Shown here one piece after another: positions 9,341 through 19,114 of a stretch of DNA of 64,000 nucleotides. Within the stretch, counting starts at the first letter, position 1. The number at the start of each line of letters is the position of its first letter. The stretch is taken from the NCBI GenBank assembly GCA_964573635.1, contig CAZNKG010000001.1:195672-259671 (forward strand). The letters are read 5' to 3'. The notes under the pieces are model-generated. The model did not search any database. It was not told where the DNA came from and saw nothing but the letters and a program-made list of their open reading frames with translations. The position numbers and the translations under genes are program-made. The DNA is from an uncultured Desulfatibacillum sp. Its GTDB lineage: Bacteria > Desulfobacterota > Desulfobacteria > Desulfobacterales > SpSt-501.

Positions 9341-11076
9341 CTGCCGAGGCCTTCATCCGTTTCGAGCGGCTGAACGACGCGATCGCCCACTGGGCGAAGG
9401 CGCGGCCGGACCACCCGGCCATGATCCAGCACGAGGACGGCAAAACCGTCACCTACCGCAAGTTCAACCGCCTCGTGGACCTCTTCGCCTTGAGGCTCGG
9501 CGACATGGGCATCGGCCCGGGCGACCGGGTCGCGAGCATGCTCGTCCTCATCCCCGAGCACCTGATGCTCATGTATGCCTGCTTCAAGATCGGGGCGCTC
9601 TTCGCGCCGCTCGACCTGCGGCTGAAGGAGGAGGAGGTCGTCCGCGAGATCGGCAAGATCCGGCCCAAGGCCTTTTTCTTTCTCGGCCGGACCCCCGTGC
9701 GCGACTTCCGCGCGGTTGCGCGGGCGGTGAAGGAACGCTGCCCGTACGTCCAGCATCTCGTGCAGTTCACGGCCGACCCCCGACCGGGCGAGATCCTCGA
9801 GGGGGCGGTCGGCATCACGCAGATGATGGCCAAGGGCAGGCTCCTCGCCCTGATGGCGAAGGAGCTCTTCCGCGGGACCCTGCGCCGGAGGTATGCCGCG
9901 GTCACCGCCCGCACGCCGGCGCTCATCATTTTCACGACCGGCACGACGGGCGAGCCCAAGCCGGCGGTCCTCTGCCACGAGAACATCCTCGTCCAGAACG
10001 AGATCCTCGCCCGCGGCATGGACCAGACCCCGGAGAGCGGCCTGCGGATCCTGATCAATCTCCCGCCGAGCCATGTCGGCTGCGTCACCGAATGCTTCAT
10101 GACGACGATGTGTCTCGGCGGCACCGCCGTGCTGCTGCGGATCTTCGACGTCCGGCTGACCCTCGAGGCGATCGAGCGCCACCGCGTCACCGCCCTCGGG
10201 CAGATCCCGACGCAGTTCCGCATGCTCTGGGCCCACCCCGACTACGGCCGCTTCGACCTGAGCAGCCTGCGGTTCGTCGCCTACGCCGGCTCGTCCGTGG
10301 ACCTCGCCTTCCTGAAGAAGCTCGCCGCCATGGCCCCCGCCTTCGGCACCGGGATCGGCATGACCGAGAACGCGGGCTTCGCGACCTTCACCCGACCGGG
10401 GACGCCGCCCGAGGAGATGGTCGGCCAGGTGGGCGCGCCCTTCCCCGATCTGGCGGCCGTCACCGTCCGCGCGCCCATGAACCCGGACGGCACGGCCGGC
10501 GCGGAGCTGCCCGACGGGGAGGTGGGCGAGATCTGCTACCACCCGCCGATCGTCTTCCTCGGCTATTACGGCATGCCGGAGGAGACGGCGCGGACCGTCT
10601 CCCGGGAGGGGATCCTCTACACGGGCGACCTCGGGTGTTTCCAGGAGCGCGGCGGGCGGCGGGCGCTCCGGCTCTCCGGGCGGCGCAAGTTCATCGTCAA
10701 GCAGAAGGGCTACAACGTCTTTCCCGACGAGGTCGAGGAGTTCATCGCCCGGCTGCCGGGCGTGGACGTCGTCGAGGTGGTGGGGGTCCCCCACGCGCTC
10801 TTCGACGAAGGGCTCTTCGCCTTCGTGCGGCCCGCCAAAGGCGCCCCGCTTGACGCCGAAAAGGTTTTGGACCACTGCCGGGGGATCGCCGCCTACAAGC
10901 GCCCGCAGCATGTCGAGATCCTGCCGGCCGAGGCGGAGCTGCCCCTCACGCGCAGCACAAAAGTGGACAAGCTCGAGCTGCGGCGCCGCGCCGAGGAGAT
11001 CGTCGCACGCCTGCGGCAGGCGGGCGGGTGGGACGCGGCCGCGGAAGCCGCGGGCCGGCCGCCCCGCCTGCCTTGA
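9337..11076 (+). CDS. AMP-dependent synthetase/ligase (acyl-CoA synthetase family)
   Basis: Adenylate-forming motifs IIFTTGTTGEPKP and YTGDLG, with a C-terminal KVDK lysine. Confidence 0.85.
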   Translation: MTAEAFIRFERLNDAIAHWAKARPDHPAMIQHEDGKTVTYRKFNRLVDLFALRLGDMGIGPGDRVASMLVLIPEHLMLMYACFKIGALFAPLDLRLKEEEVVREIGKIRPKAFFFLGRTPVRDFRAVARAVKERCPYVQHLVQFTADPRPGEILEGAVGITQMMAKGRLLALMAKELFRGTLRRRYAAVTARTPALIIFTTGTTGEPKPAVLCHENILVQNEILARGMDQTPESGLRILINLPPSHVGCVTECFMTTMCLGGTAVLLRIFDVRLTLEAIERHRVTALGQIPTQFRMLWAHPDYGRFDLSSLRFVAYAGSSVDLAFLKKLAAMAPAFGTGIGMTENAGFATFTRPGTPPEEMVGQVGAPFPDLAAVTVRAPMNPDGTAGAELPDGEVGEICYHPPIVFLGYYGMPEETARTVSREGILYTGDLGCFQERGGRRALRLSGRRKFIVKQKGYNVFPDEVEEFIARLPGVDVVEVVGVPHALFDEGLFAFVRPAKGAPLDAEKVLDHCRGIAAYKRPQHVEILPAEAELPLTRSTKVDKLELRRRAEEIVARLRQAGGWDAAAEAAGRPPRLP

Positions 11077-11093
11077 AGCCCACCCCGGTGATC

Positions 11094-11534
11094 ATGCGGC
11101 CGAACGACGACACGCTCCGATGCCGCGCCCCAGCGCCCGAGTTCGACGCCTGGAAGCCGGTTCTCGACGGGAGCCACACCTCGCGCCGGCTGAACCCCGC
11201 GTGGGCCGCGGCGGCGGTCAAGGCATCCGGCGAGCGCGCCCGGGCCGCTCTGGAAACCCAGCGCCGCATCGCCGAGGCCGCCGGCCGGATCGTCGGAAAC
11301 CGCCGGCGCACCCACGCCGGGATCCGCTATGAGAACCGGCGGCTGCCGACCGGGCGCGAGGAGTACACGAACCCCTTCAACGGCCAGACCGAGGTCGACA
11401 CCTCCCGCTATCGCCACCGCTGGGTCAACCCCCGGGGAGATGTCCTCGACACGGACGAGAACGGCTTCGACCCCAACCGGGTCGCGGAGTACAACACCCG
11501 CGAGTGGAACCGCACGCCGGTGCGCCCGCGCTGA
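11094..11534 (+). CDS. Hypothetical protein
   Basis: ORF with non-artefactual composition in its C-terminal half (EEYTNPFNGQTEVDTSRYRHRWVNPRGDVLDTDENGFDPNRVAEYNTREWN). No family recognised. Start uncertain. Confidence 0.4.
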   Translation: MRPNDDTLRCRAPAPEFDAWKPVLDGSHTSRRLNPAWAAAAVKASGERARAALETQRRIAEAAGRIVGNRRRTHAGIRYENRRLPTGREEYTNPFNGQTEVDTSRYRHRWVNPRGDVLDTDENGFDPNRVAEYNTREWNRTPVRPR

Positions 11535-11561
11535 TCCGGGCCGGACGGGAGGCAGATCGAC

Positions 11562-12410
11562 ATGCAGGGTGACCCGGCCGGCCGCGGGCGCGCGATCGCG
11601 CTGCTGGTTCTGACCGCGCTGTTGTGGAGCACGAGCGGCCTGTTCATCAAGCTCCTGGATGCCTCCCCGCTCGCCATCTTCGGCGCGCGGGGAATGGTCG
11701 CGGGCGTCGTCTTCCTGGTCTGGATGCGGCGGACCCCCTGGCGCCTCACCCCCTGGCTGGCGGCCGGCGCGCTCGGCTACATGGGCGCGCAGTTCTTCTT
11801 CATCCTCTCGCTCCAGCTCACCACGGCCGCGAACGCGATTTTTCTGCAGTACACCGCGCCGATCACCGTCCTGGCTCTATCGATCTGGCTCCTCGGCGAG
11901 CGCCCCCGCCGGATCGACGGGATCACGATGCTCCTGATCTTCGCCGGCATGCTGCTCTTCTTCGGCCAGGAGCTCAAGCTCAGCCGGGGGTTTTACGGCA
12001 ATCTCGCGGCGGTGCTGGGCGGGGTCGCGCTCGCGGTCATGATCGTGAGCAGCCGCGCCGCGCGCCAGGGGCACCCCGCCCGGATCTTTCTTCTGGGAAG
12101 CCTGCTCAGCGCCGTGATCGGGCTTCCGGCCGTGCTCGCCGAGGCGTGGAGCCCGCGCGCGGCGGCCATCATGGTCTACCTCGGGGTGTTCCAGACCGGG
12201 CTCGCCTCGGCCCTTTATGCCGTCGCCATCCGCCGCGTGCGGGCGCTCGAGGCCAACCTGATCCTGACGCTCGAGCCGGTCTTGAACCCCCTGTGGGTCT
12301 TTCTCGTGATCGGCGAGACCCCGGGGCCGCTGGCGCTCGCCGGCGGCGCGGTCGTGCTCGGCGCGATCACCGCGCGGGCGGCCGCCGGCTCCCGGCGCCC
12401 GGATCTCTGA
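11562..12410 (+). CDS. EamA/DMT-family transporter
   Basis: 282 aa with about 10 hydrophobic helices and a two-EamA-repeat architecture. GGGAGG RBS. Confidence 0.75.
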   Translation: MQGDPAGRGRAIALLVLTALLWSTSGLFIKLLDASPLAIFGARGMVAGVVFLVWMRRTPWRLTPWLAAGALGYMGAQFFFILSLQLTTAANAIFLQYTAPITVLALSIWLLGERPRRIDGITMLLIFAGMLLFFGQELKLSRGFYGNLAAVLGGVALAVMIVSSRAARQGHPARIFLLGSLLSAVIGLPAVLAEAWSPRAAAIMVYLGVFQTGLASALYAVAIRRVRALEANLILTLEPVLNPLWVFLVIGETPGPLALAGGAVVLGAITARAAAGSRRPDL

Positions 12411-12434
12411 GCGCGCCTTCCGACGGCCCGGCCG

Positions 12435-13820
12435 CTACATCCGCGCCACCCCCAGAAAGGCCGCGTGCAGGCTGATCACCACCACCACGAAGGCCCGGCG
12501 GCTCGCCTCGGGGCCCAGGCCCGGGAAGCTGAGCGCGATCGCCTCCGGCCGGCACGCCGCCAGACAGTCCGTGCAAAGCGAGCAGGAAAGCCCCGGCCGG
12601 CCGCGTTCGAGGTCGCCCTCGGCGAGCGCCCCGTAGCGGCAGGCGCGGCGGCAGGCGCCGCAGCGCGTGCAGCCGGGGCCGATCCGGAGCCGCCAGGGGG
12701 AAAGCTTCCCCAAAAGGTCGGCGACCAGACCGAGCGGACAATAGGCGGTGCAGTGGACCATCAGCCCGCGGCGCGCCGCGGCGAAGACCATGACCCCCAC
12801 CCCGGCCAGTCCGAAGACCGCGGCGAGAAGCGCCGCGGCGGCGGCCGGCGCGCCGCCGGCGCGCAGCATGAGCGCCGCGGCGACCGTGAGCGCGAGCGTG
12901 GCGAAGCGTCCCCGGGAGTGGCCGGGTGAAAGGGCTCGCGGCGCGCCGGCGCGCCGCCGGCTCAGCCGCTCCTCCCAGGCACCGATGTAGCACAGGAAGC
13001 TGCACCAGGCCGGCCCCGCGAGAAGGACGGCGGCCGCAAAAAGGATCGGCATGAAATAGCCGCCGCCGCGGTAAAGCGGGCCGCCGATGATCACCGCCGG
13101 GACCGGGAGGTGGAGCTCGCCGGTCATCAGAAACTGCTCGGCCCCGCAGAGCCCCAGGAGGAGCTGCAGGAAGAAGACCGCTGAAAAGAGGCCCCAGATG
13201 CGGCCGCGCACCGCCGGCGCCCGCCGCCGGTCGAGCATCGCCCCGCCCACTCCGACGGCGTAGGCGGCCAGCGCGACCACCTGGACTCCCCCCCAACCCG
13301 GAAGCAGCCGGTCGAGGAGCAGGACGGGAACGCGGGCGTTTTCACGCGCCAGCCCGAGAAGCGCGGCGGTCAGCAGGAAGAGCGCGGCCAGCGGAACGGC
13401 ATCCGCGGCCCGCCGGCTGAAAACGGCCCGGCCGGCGGCCCCCCCGAGCCAGAGCAGCGACCCGATGCTCAGCCCGACGATCCCGGCCATGATCAGGCCG
13501 AGCCGCCCCCAGGGAAGGCCCGCTGCCAGGCGGGCGTTCAAGAGGGTGGCCCCGGCGTCAGCCCAGACGCCGAGCCCCGCCCCGATGAGCGCGAGCCACA
13601 CGATCCGCACCCACCCCGCGCGGAGCAGGCCCGCCAGGGCGGCGCCGAGAAGAAACACGCAGGCCCCGCGGCCGCCGGCGCGCAGGAAGTGCGCCGCCAG
13701 GAGAAGGAGCGCGGCCGCCGGCAGGGCCGCGCCGGCCGCCGCCAAGGCCCCGGGGACGGTCCGGCGGTCGCAGCCCCCCGCTTCCGGCCCGCCGGCCAGG
13801 ACATCGGAATTCACCGCCAT
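12435..13820 (-). CDS. Polytopic membrane protein with C-terminal 4Fe-4S dicluster domain
   Basis: About 330 aa of hydrophobic helices, followed by CTAYCPLG, CTRCGACRRACRYG and CSLCTDCLAACRP. Confidence 0.6.
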   Translation of the reverse strand: MAVNSDVLAGGPEAGGCDRRTVPGALAAAGAALPAAALLLLAAHFLRAGGRGACVFLLGAALAGLLRAGWVRIVWLALIGAGLGVWADAGATLLNARLAAGLPWGRLGLIMAGIVGLSIGSLLWLGGAAGRAVFSRRAADAVPLAALFLLTAALLGLARENARVPVLLLDRLLPGWGGVQVVALAAYAVGVGGAMLDRRRAPAVRGRIWGLFSAVFFLQLLLGLCGAEQFLMTGELHLPVPAVIIGGPLYRGGGYFMPILFAAAVLLAGPAWCSFLCYIGAWEERLSRRRAGAPRALSPGHSRGRFATLALTVAAALMLRAGGAPAAAAALLAAVFGLAGVGVMVFAAARRGLMVHCTAYCPLGLVADLLGKLSPWRLRIGPGCTRCGACRRACRYGALAEGDLERGRPGLSCSLCTDCLAACRPEAIALSFPGLGPEASRRAFVVVVISLHAAFLGVARM

Positions 13821-13877
13821 GCATCACCTCGCATCCGCTTCCGATGCCTAGCACACCCGCCGGCGGCGGGCCTTGAC

Positions 13878-15188
13878 TCACGTCAAATCGCCGGCGCGCG
13901 ACGGGGCGGCGCCCCCCAAGCGCAACGCCGGCGGCCCCGCCGCCAGCGCCTCCCGCAGCAGCCCGGCGAGCTCGCCGATCAGCGCGCGGTTGTCGAACGA
14001 CCGCCGGACCCGCTCGCGGGCCGCGGGGATCACCGCCGCCCGCAGCGCGGCGTCGGTGAGCAGCGTGCGCATCGCGGCCGCCATCTCCGCCGGCCGGCCG
14101 GGCGCGACGAGGAGCCCCGTTCGTCCCGGCTCCACCGCCTCCGGGATCGCCGACACCGCCGTCGCGACGACCGGGACCCCCATCGCCATGCTCTCGAGGA
14201 TGACGTTCGGGATCCCGTCGCGGTCGCCGTCGGCGGCGACCTCGCTTCCCAGCACGAACAGATCGGCCGCGCGGTAGTGCTCGAGGACGACGGGGTGCGG
14301 CTGCGTCCCGAGGAAGCGGCAGCCGTCGCCGTTCAGCCCGAGGCCGGCCGCGAGCGCCGCCAGCCGGCCGCGCTCGGGCCCGTCGCCGATCAGCGTGTAG
14401 GCGAAGGCCGCCCCGTGCGCGCGCAGCCGCGCGAGCGCCTCGAGGATCGTCGCGATCCCCTTTTTCGGGATCAGCCGCGCGACCGTGAGGATGCGGTAGG
14501 GCGGGCCGGGGGCCGTGCGGCCGTCGCGGCCGCTCGCGAAAAGCGCCGTGTCGATCCCGTGGTAGATCCGATGGATGCGGGAAGCGGGCGCCGCGCCCAG
14601 GCCCGCGAGGTAGCGGCGGTTGTACTCCGTGCAGGTGGCGACGAAACGCGCCCCCGCGATCTTGTCCCGCAGGTGCTCGGGGCGCGAGGTGTAGATGTCC
14701 TTCGCGTGGGCCGTGAAGCTGTAGGCGATCCCGGAGAGGTGCGCGGCGAACAGCGCCACCGAGGTCGGCGAGTGCGCGAAGTGGGCGTGCAGGTGGGCGA
14801 CCCCGGAGCGCGGCAGGAGCTTCTCGACGAGGTACACCGCCTGCAGGAAGTGGCGCAGCGTCGCCGGGTTGCGGGTGCGGCGGAAGCGGCGCAGCGCGAA
14901 GGCGAGGCTCTCCCGGAAGCGCCCGGGCCGGCGGATGAAAAGCCTCAGGGCGCGGAAGAGGAGCCGGTGGCTGTTCGGCAGAAAGGTCTCCGGCAGGTAG
15001 TCGACCCGGGCCCGGATGCGGCGGACGGCGGGGTGGGCGAACCCCTCGCGCCCCGGGCGCATGGAGAAGATGCGGATCCGGAAGCCCAGGTTTTCGAGCA
15101 GCCGAATCTCGTTGGCGATGAAGGTCTCGGAGATGCGCGGGAAGCCCTTGAGGACCATCCCGAGGACCGGGGGGGCGGCGGGGGTCAT
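13878..15188 (-). CDS. Glycosyltransferase family 4 (WcaL-like)
   Basis: MTPAAPPVLGMVLKGFPRISETFIANEIRLLENLGF... with a C-terminal GT4 EX7E-type region (DGIPNVILESMAMGVPVV). The start at 15188 overlaps the upstream stop (ATGA). The rest of the 858-aa ORF is a frame shadow. Confidence 0.8.
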   Translation of the reverse strand: MTPAAPPVLGMVLKGFPRISETFIANEIRLLENLGFRIRIFSMRPGREGFAHPAVRRIRARVDYLPETFLPNSHRLLFRALRLFIRRPGRFRESLAFALRRFRRTRNPATLRHFLQAVYLVEKLLPRSGVAHLHAHFAHSPTSVALFAAHLSGIAYSFTAHAKDIYTSRPEHLRDKIAGARFVATCTEYNRRYLAGLGAAPASRIHRIYHGIDTALFASGRDGRTAPGPPYRILTVARLIPKKGIATILEALARLRAHGAAFAYTLIGDGPERGRLAALAAGLGLNGDGCRFLGTQPHPVVLEHYRAADLFVLGSEVAADGDRDGIPNVILESMAMGVPVVATAVSAIPEAVEPGRTGLLVAPGRPAEMAAAMRTLLTDAALRAAVIPAARERVRRSFDNRALIGELAGLLREALAAGPPALRLGGAAPSRAGDLT

Positions 15189-16429
15189 GGCGGCGGGGAA
15201 GGCGCCGCGGCGAAGAACGGGCCGGGAAGCTCCCGCTTGTGGCAGCGGAACTCCCTCAGGCGCTGCTTCATCACCTCGATCCCGGTCATGCGGAAGCCGG
15301 CGATCGCCTCGCGGCCGGCGCGGTGGTTTTCGAGTAGCGCGAGCAGCTTGTCCCGCAGGCGCTCCGGGCTCATCGCGTTCCAGGGGATGTAGTCGGTCAA
15401 ATGATGGCGCTGGAAGGTCTGGGCGCGGATCAGCTGCTCCTTGCGGGGGGTCTCCCGCGGGATGACGAGGCTCATCGTCCCCTGGCTCAGGATCTCGCAG
15501 AGCGTGTTGTAGCCGCCCATGCTGACCACGACGTCGGCCGCGGCGAAGATCTTCTCCATCTGGCGGTAGAAGTGGTACATGCGCACCCCGAGCTTGCGCG
15601 CGCGCTTGTAGACGTTCTTGCGCTCGGACTTCGGCATGAAGGGGCCGGTGATCAGGATGCTCTTGAAGGGCATCGGGCGGCCCGCGTTTTCGAGCATGGT
15701 GAGGTAGGTGTCCATGACGCCGAAGCCGTCGCCGCCCCCGCCGGTCGTCACCACCACCAGGCGCTCGTCGGCCTGCAGCCCGTGCTCCTTGCGGATGGCG
15801 GCGACCGCCTCGGCCGAGGGGACCTTGCGGGGGATGTAGCCGGTGAAATGGATCTTGCGGCTCACCGGCGCGCTGATCCCGTACTCGACGATCGGGTCGT
15901 AGAAATCGCGGTTGCCGTAGACCCAGATCTCGCTGTAGAGCTCCTCGAGGCTCTGGTAGACCCCCTTCTCCCGCCAGTCGCGCCGCGTCGTCTCGGCGTC
16001 GTCCATGATGTCGCGCAGCCCGAGGATCGTGCGCGTCGCGGGCCGGCAGCGCCGCAGCCACTGCAGGGCCGGCAGGACCTCGCGCTTCAGCCCGAGCGGC
16101 TCCTTGTCGACGATGAACAGCTGCGGCTGGAAGGTCTTCACGGTGGCGGTGATGATGTTCTTGCGGATGTCGAGCGCGTGGCGGGCGTTGATCTTGATCG
16201 AAAACGGCAGATACTGCTCGTTCGTCTTCTTGATCATGCCCGGGATGCGGACGAAGTCGATCTGCTCGGGGAAGGAGAAGCGCCCGGCGATGGGCGAGCC
16301 CGTCAAAATGAGGATGTTCACGCGCGGGGCGAGCAGGTGGCCGGCGATCGCCATGCTGCGGCGGATGTGACCGAGCCCGTAGGTGTCGTGGGAATACATC
16401 AGGATGTTGTAGGTGGCGCTGCGGGCCAT
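15185..16429 (-). CDS. Glycosyltransferase (GT-B fold, MurG/MGT-like)
   Basis: 414 aa. YSHDTYGLGHIRR N-terminus and GGYNTLCEIL C-terminal motif. GGAGG RBS. Confidence 0.7.
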   Translation of the reverse strand: MARSATYNILMYSHDTYGLGHIRRSMAIAGHLLAPRVNILILTGSPIAGRFSFPEQIDFVRIPGMIKKTNEQYLPFSIKINARHALDIRKNIITATVKTFQPQLFIVDKEPLGLKREVLPALQWLRRCRPATRTILGLRDIMDDAETTRRDWREKGVYQSLEELYSEIWVYGNRDFYDPIVEYGISAPVSRKIHFTGYIPRKVPSAEAVAAIRKEHGLQADERLVVVTTGGGGDGFGVMDTYLTMLENAGRPMPFKSILITGPFMPKSERKNVYKRARKLGVRMYHFYRQMEKIFAAADVVVSMGGYNTLCEILSQGTMSLVIPRETPRKEQLIRAQTFQRHHLTDYIPWNAMSPERLRDKLLALLENHRAGREAIAGFRMTGIEVMKQRLREFRCHKRELPGPFFAAAPSPPP

Positions 16430-16544
16430 GCCCCTCCGTCCGCGGCGCTTGCAAGCGCGCCGTGTTTTTTTATCATATTAAAATTCAAGCCCTTTTGTCA
16501 ATGAAGGCGGAATGCGCCGCGCGCTTCCTCCGCCGCGTCGATTC

Positions 16545-16553
16545 TGGTATAAA
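16545..16553 (+). promoter_or_regulatory. Candidate extended -10 promoter element (TGgTATAAA)
   Basis: tcTGgTATAaa lies about 60 nt upstream of the ATG at 16612, in the divergent intergenic region next to an AT-rich tract (16455-16500). Confidence 0.3.
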
Positions 16554-16611
16554 GGGGCGACCGCCGGCCGCCGCCCCGGCCGGCATAGGCTTTCCGCGAT
16601 AAAGGCGACCC

Positions 16612-17625
16612 ATGGCCCGCTCCGACGTCCACCCGGTCCATCGCTTCGAGCCCTGGCAGGTCTGGCCGGGCTCCTTCGACAACCCCGCGGCCGACGGGAA
16701 CTTCCCGCACCCGCCGCAGACGGGCCTCGCCATCACGCGGGCGACCCCCATCGCCTCGCTCGGCTCCTGCTTCGCGCGCGAGATCAAGCGGCGGCTCCTG
16801 CAGCGCGGCTTCAATTACATCTGCGAGGAGACCGACCACCCCGCCGCCGTGCACGCGAGCGCGGCCTGGGAGCGGGTCTACAACACCTTCTGCATGCGCC
16901 AGATCTTCGAGTACACCTTCGAGGCGTTCCGGCCGCGGCAGCGCTGGTGGCGCGCGCCCCTCTCGGGCCGCATCCAGGACCCCTTCCGCCGGGTCGTGCT
17001 CTACGCCGACGAAGCCCAGGCCGAGGCGGACTTCGCGCGCCACCGCGAGCACTCGCGCCGGGCGCTTTCGCGCGCGCAGGTGCTGGTGATCACCCTCGGG
17101 CTGACCGAGATCTGGCAGGACGCGCGCGACGGGACGGTCATCAGCCTGCCCGCCGGCCCCTACGTGAACGAGGGCGGGGACATGCGCCCCTACATCTTCC
17201 GGGTGAGCCGTTACGCCGAAAACCTGGAAAACCTCGAGCGCATCCACGCGCTGCTCGCCCGGCACAACCCGGCCTGCCGCATCGTCGTCACCGTCTCGCC
17301 GGTGCACCTCTGGGCGACCTTCCGCCGCGACGCGGATGTGATCAGCGCCAGCTGCAACTCCAAGAGCACGCTGCGCGCGGCCGCCGACGAATTCGCCGCC
17401 GCGCACGAAAACGTCTGCTATTTCCCGGCCTTCGAAATGGCGACGATCTACCAGGCGATCCTCGGACGGGGCTTCTTCGCCCCGGGCCGGGAGAATTTCC
17501 ACGTGAACAAGCGGACGGTCAAGTTCATCATGAACCACTTTTTCCGGTGGTACGCCCCCGCGGAGGCGTTCGCGCCCTTCGAGGCCGACGAAGGGGACGG
17601 ACCGGGTGAGAATGCGCTTGACTAA
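16612..17625 (+). CDS. GSCFA-domain family protein
   Basis: Contains the eponymous motif (PIASLGSCFAREIK). 337 aa. Confidence 0.7.
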   Translation: MARSDVHPVHRFEPWQVWPGSFDNPAADGNFPHPPQTGLAITRATPIASLGSCFAREIKRRLLQRGFNYICEETDHPAAVHASAAWERVYNTFCMRQIFEYTFEAFRPRQRWWRAPLSGRIQDPFRRVVLYADEAQAEADFARHREHSRRALSRAQVLVITLGLTEIWQDARDGTVISLPAGPYVNEGGDMRPYIFRVSRYAENLENLERIHALLARHNPACRIVVTVSPVHLWATFRRDADVISASCNSKSTLRAAADEFAAAHENVCYFPAFEMATIYQAILGRGFFAPGRENFHVNKRTVKFIMNHFFRWYAPAEAFAPFEADEGDGPGENALD

Positions 17626-17683
17626 CCCTTGACGATCCGCAAAAATGCAGGGATTTTCATTGCTGCCATCCCAAGGACATGCG

Positions 17684-19114
17684 ATGGAGTTCGAACCCGT
17701 CATCGGGCTGGAGGTCCACGCCCAGCTCAAGACCCGGACGAAGATCTTCTGCGCCTGCTCGACCGCCTTCGGGGCGCCGCCGAACACCCAGGTCTGCCCC
17801 GTCTGCCTGGGGATGCCCGGGGTGCTGCCGGTCCTCAACCGCATGGTGGTGGAGTTCGCCCTGCGGATGGCGCTCGCCACCGGGTGCACCATCGCCCCCG
17901 TGAGCCGCTTCGCGCGCAAGAACTACTTCTACCCCGACCTTCCCAAGGGGTACCAGATCTCGCAGTACGAGCTGCCGATCGCCGAGCACGGCCACATCGA
18001 CGTCGAGCTCGACGGCGAAAGCCGCCGCGTGCGCATCCGCCGCATCCACATGGAGGAGGACGCCGGGAAGCTCGTCCACGACCCGGAGCGGCCGGTGAGC
18101 CGGGTCGACTTCAACCGCACGGGGGTCCCGCTGATCGAGATCGTGACCGAGCCGGACATCGCCTCGCCGGCCGAGGCCGGGGCCTACCTGCGGAAGCTGC
18201 GCGCGATCGTGCGCACCTTGGGCATCTGCGACGGGAACCTCGAGGAGGGGAGCTTCCGCTGCGACGCGAACGTCTCGGTCAGGCCGAAGGGCGCCTCCGC
18301 GCTCGGCACCCGGACGGAGCTCAAGAACCTGAACTCCTTCCGCTTCGTCGAAAAGGCGCTCGACTACGAGATCGCGCGCCAGCTCGAAACGCTCGCCGAC
18401 GGCGGAGAGATCGTCCAGGAGACGCGCCTGTGGGACGCCGAAAAGGGGCGCACGCTCTCGATGCGCGGCAAGGAGGAGGCCCACGACTACCGCTACTTCC
18501 CCGACCCGGACCTCCTGCCGCTCGAAATCGACGCGGCCTGGATCGAGCGCGTGCGCGGCGCGCTGCCCGAGCTCCCGGACGCGCGGCGGCGGCGCTTCGT
18601 CGAGCGCCTCGGCCTTCCGGCCTACGACGCCGGGGTGCTCACCGCCGAGCGCGAGCTCGCCGACTACTTCGAGCGCTGCCTGGAGCTCTTCCCGCAGCCG
18701 AAGACCGTCAGCAACTGGATCATGGGCCCGCTGCTCGCCCTCGTGAACGCCACGAACGCGCCCCTCGACGCGCTTCCGGTCGCGCCCGAGGCCCTCGCCG
18801 GGCTCTTGAGGCTCGTCGACTCCGGAGAGATCAGCGCCAAGACCGCCAAGAGCGTCTTCGACGAGATGGCCGCGAGCGGGAAGCGCGCCGAGGCGATCGT
18901 CGCCGAGAAGGGCCTGACCCAGGTGAGCGACGAGGCCGCCCTCGAAAAGGCCGCCGCGGCGGCGATCGCCGCGAACCCGAAGGAGGCCGCGGCCTACCGC
19001 GGCGGCAAGCACAAGCTTCTCGGCTTCTTCGTCGGCGAGGTCATGAAGGCGACCGGCGGCCGGGCGAACCCCAAAGCGGTGAACGAACTCCTGCGCCGCA
19101 TGCTGGAGGAATGA
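17684..19114 (+). CDS. gatB: Asp/Glu-tRNA(Asn/Gln) amidotransferase subunit B
   Basis: [23 protein letters not shown], the full-length GatB pattern and a YqeY-like C-terminus. ATG at 17684 preferred over 17645. Confidence 0.95.
   Translation: MEFEPVIGLEVHAQLKTRTKIFCACSTAFGAPPNTQVCPVCLGMPGVLPVLNRMVVEFALRMALATGCTIAPVSRFARKNYFYPDLPKGYQISQYELPIAEHGHIDVELDGESRRVRIRRIHMEEDAGKLVHDPERPVSRVDFNRTGVPLIEIVTEPDIASPAEAGAYLRKLRAIVRTLGICDGNLEEGSFRCDANVSVRPKGASALGTRTELKNLNSFRFVEKALDYEIARQLETLADGGEIVQETRLWDAEKGRTLSMRGKEEAHDYRYFPDPDLLPLEIDAAWIERVRGALPELPDARRRRFVERLGLPAYDAGVLTAERELADYFERCLELFPQPKTVSNWIMGPLLALVNATNAPLDALPVAPEALAGLLRLVDSGEISAKTAKSVFDEMAASGKRAEAIVAEKGLTQVSDEAALEKAAAAAIAANPKEAAAYRGGKHKLLGFFVGEVMKATGGRANPKAVNELLRRMLEE

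Noticed and set aside
13878-16454. Single 858-aa minus-strand ORF
   Set aside because: The N-terminal 422 codons are a frame shadow across the 15185..16429 glycosyltransferase gene. The real GT4 gene starts at ATG 15188 (MTPAAPPVLGMVLKGFP...), overlapping the upstream stop.
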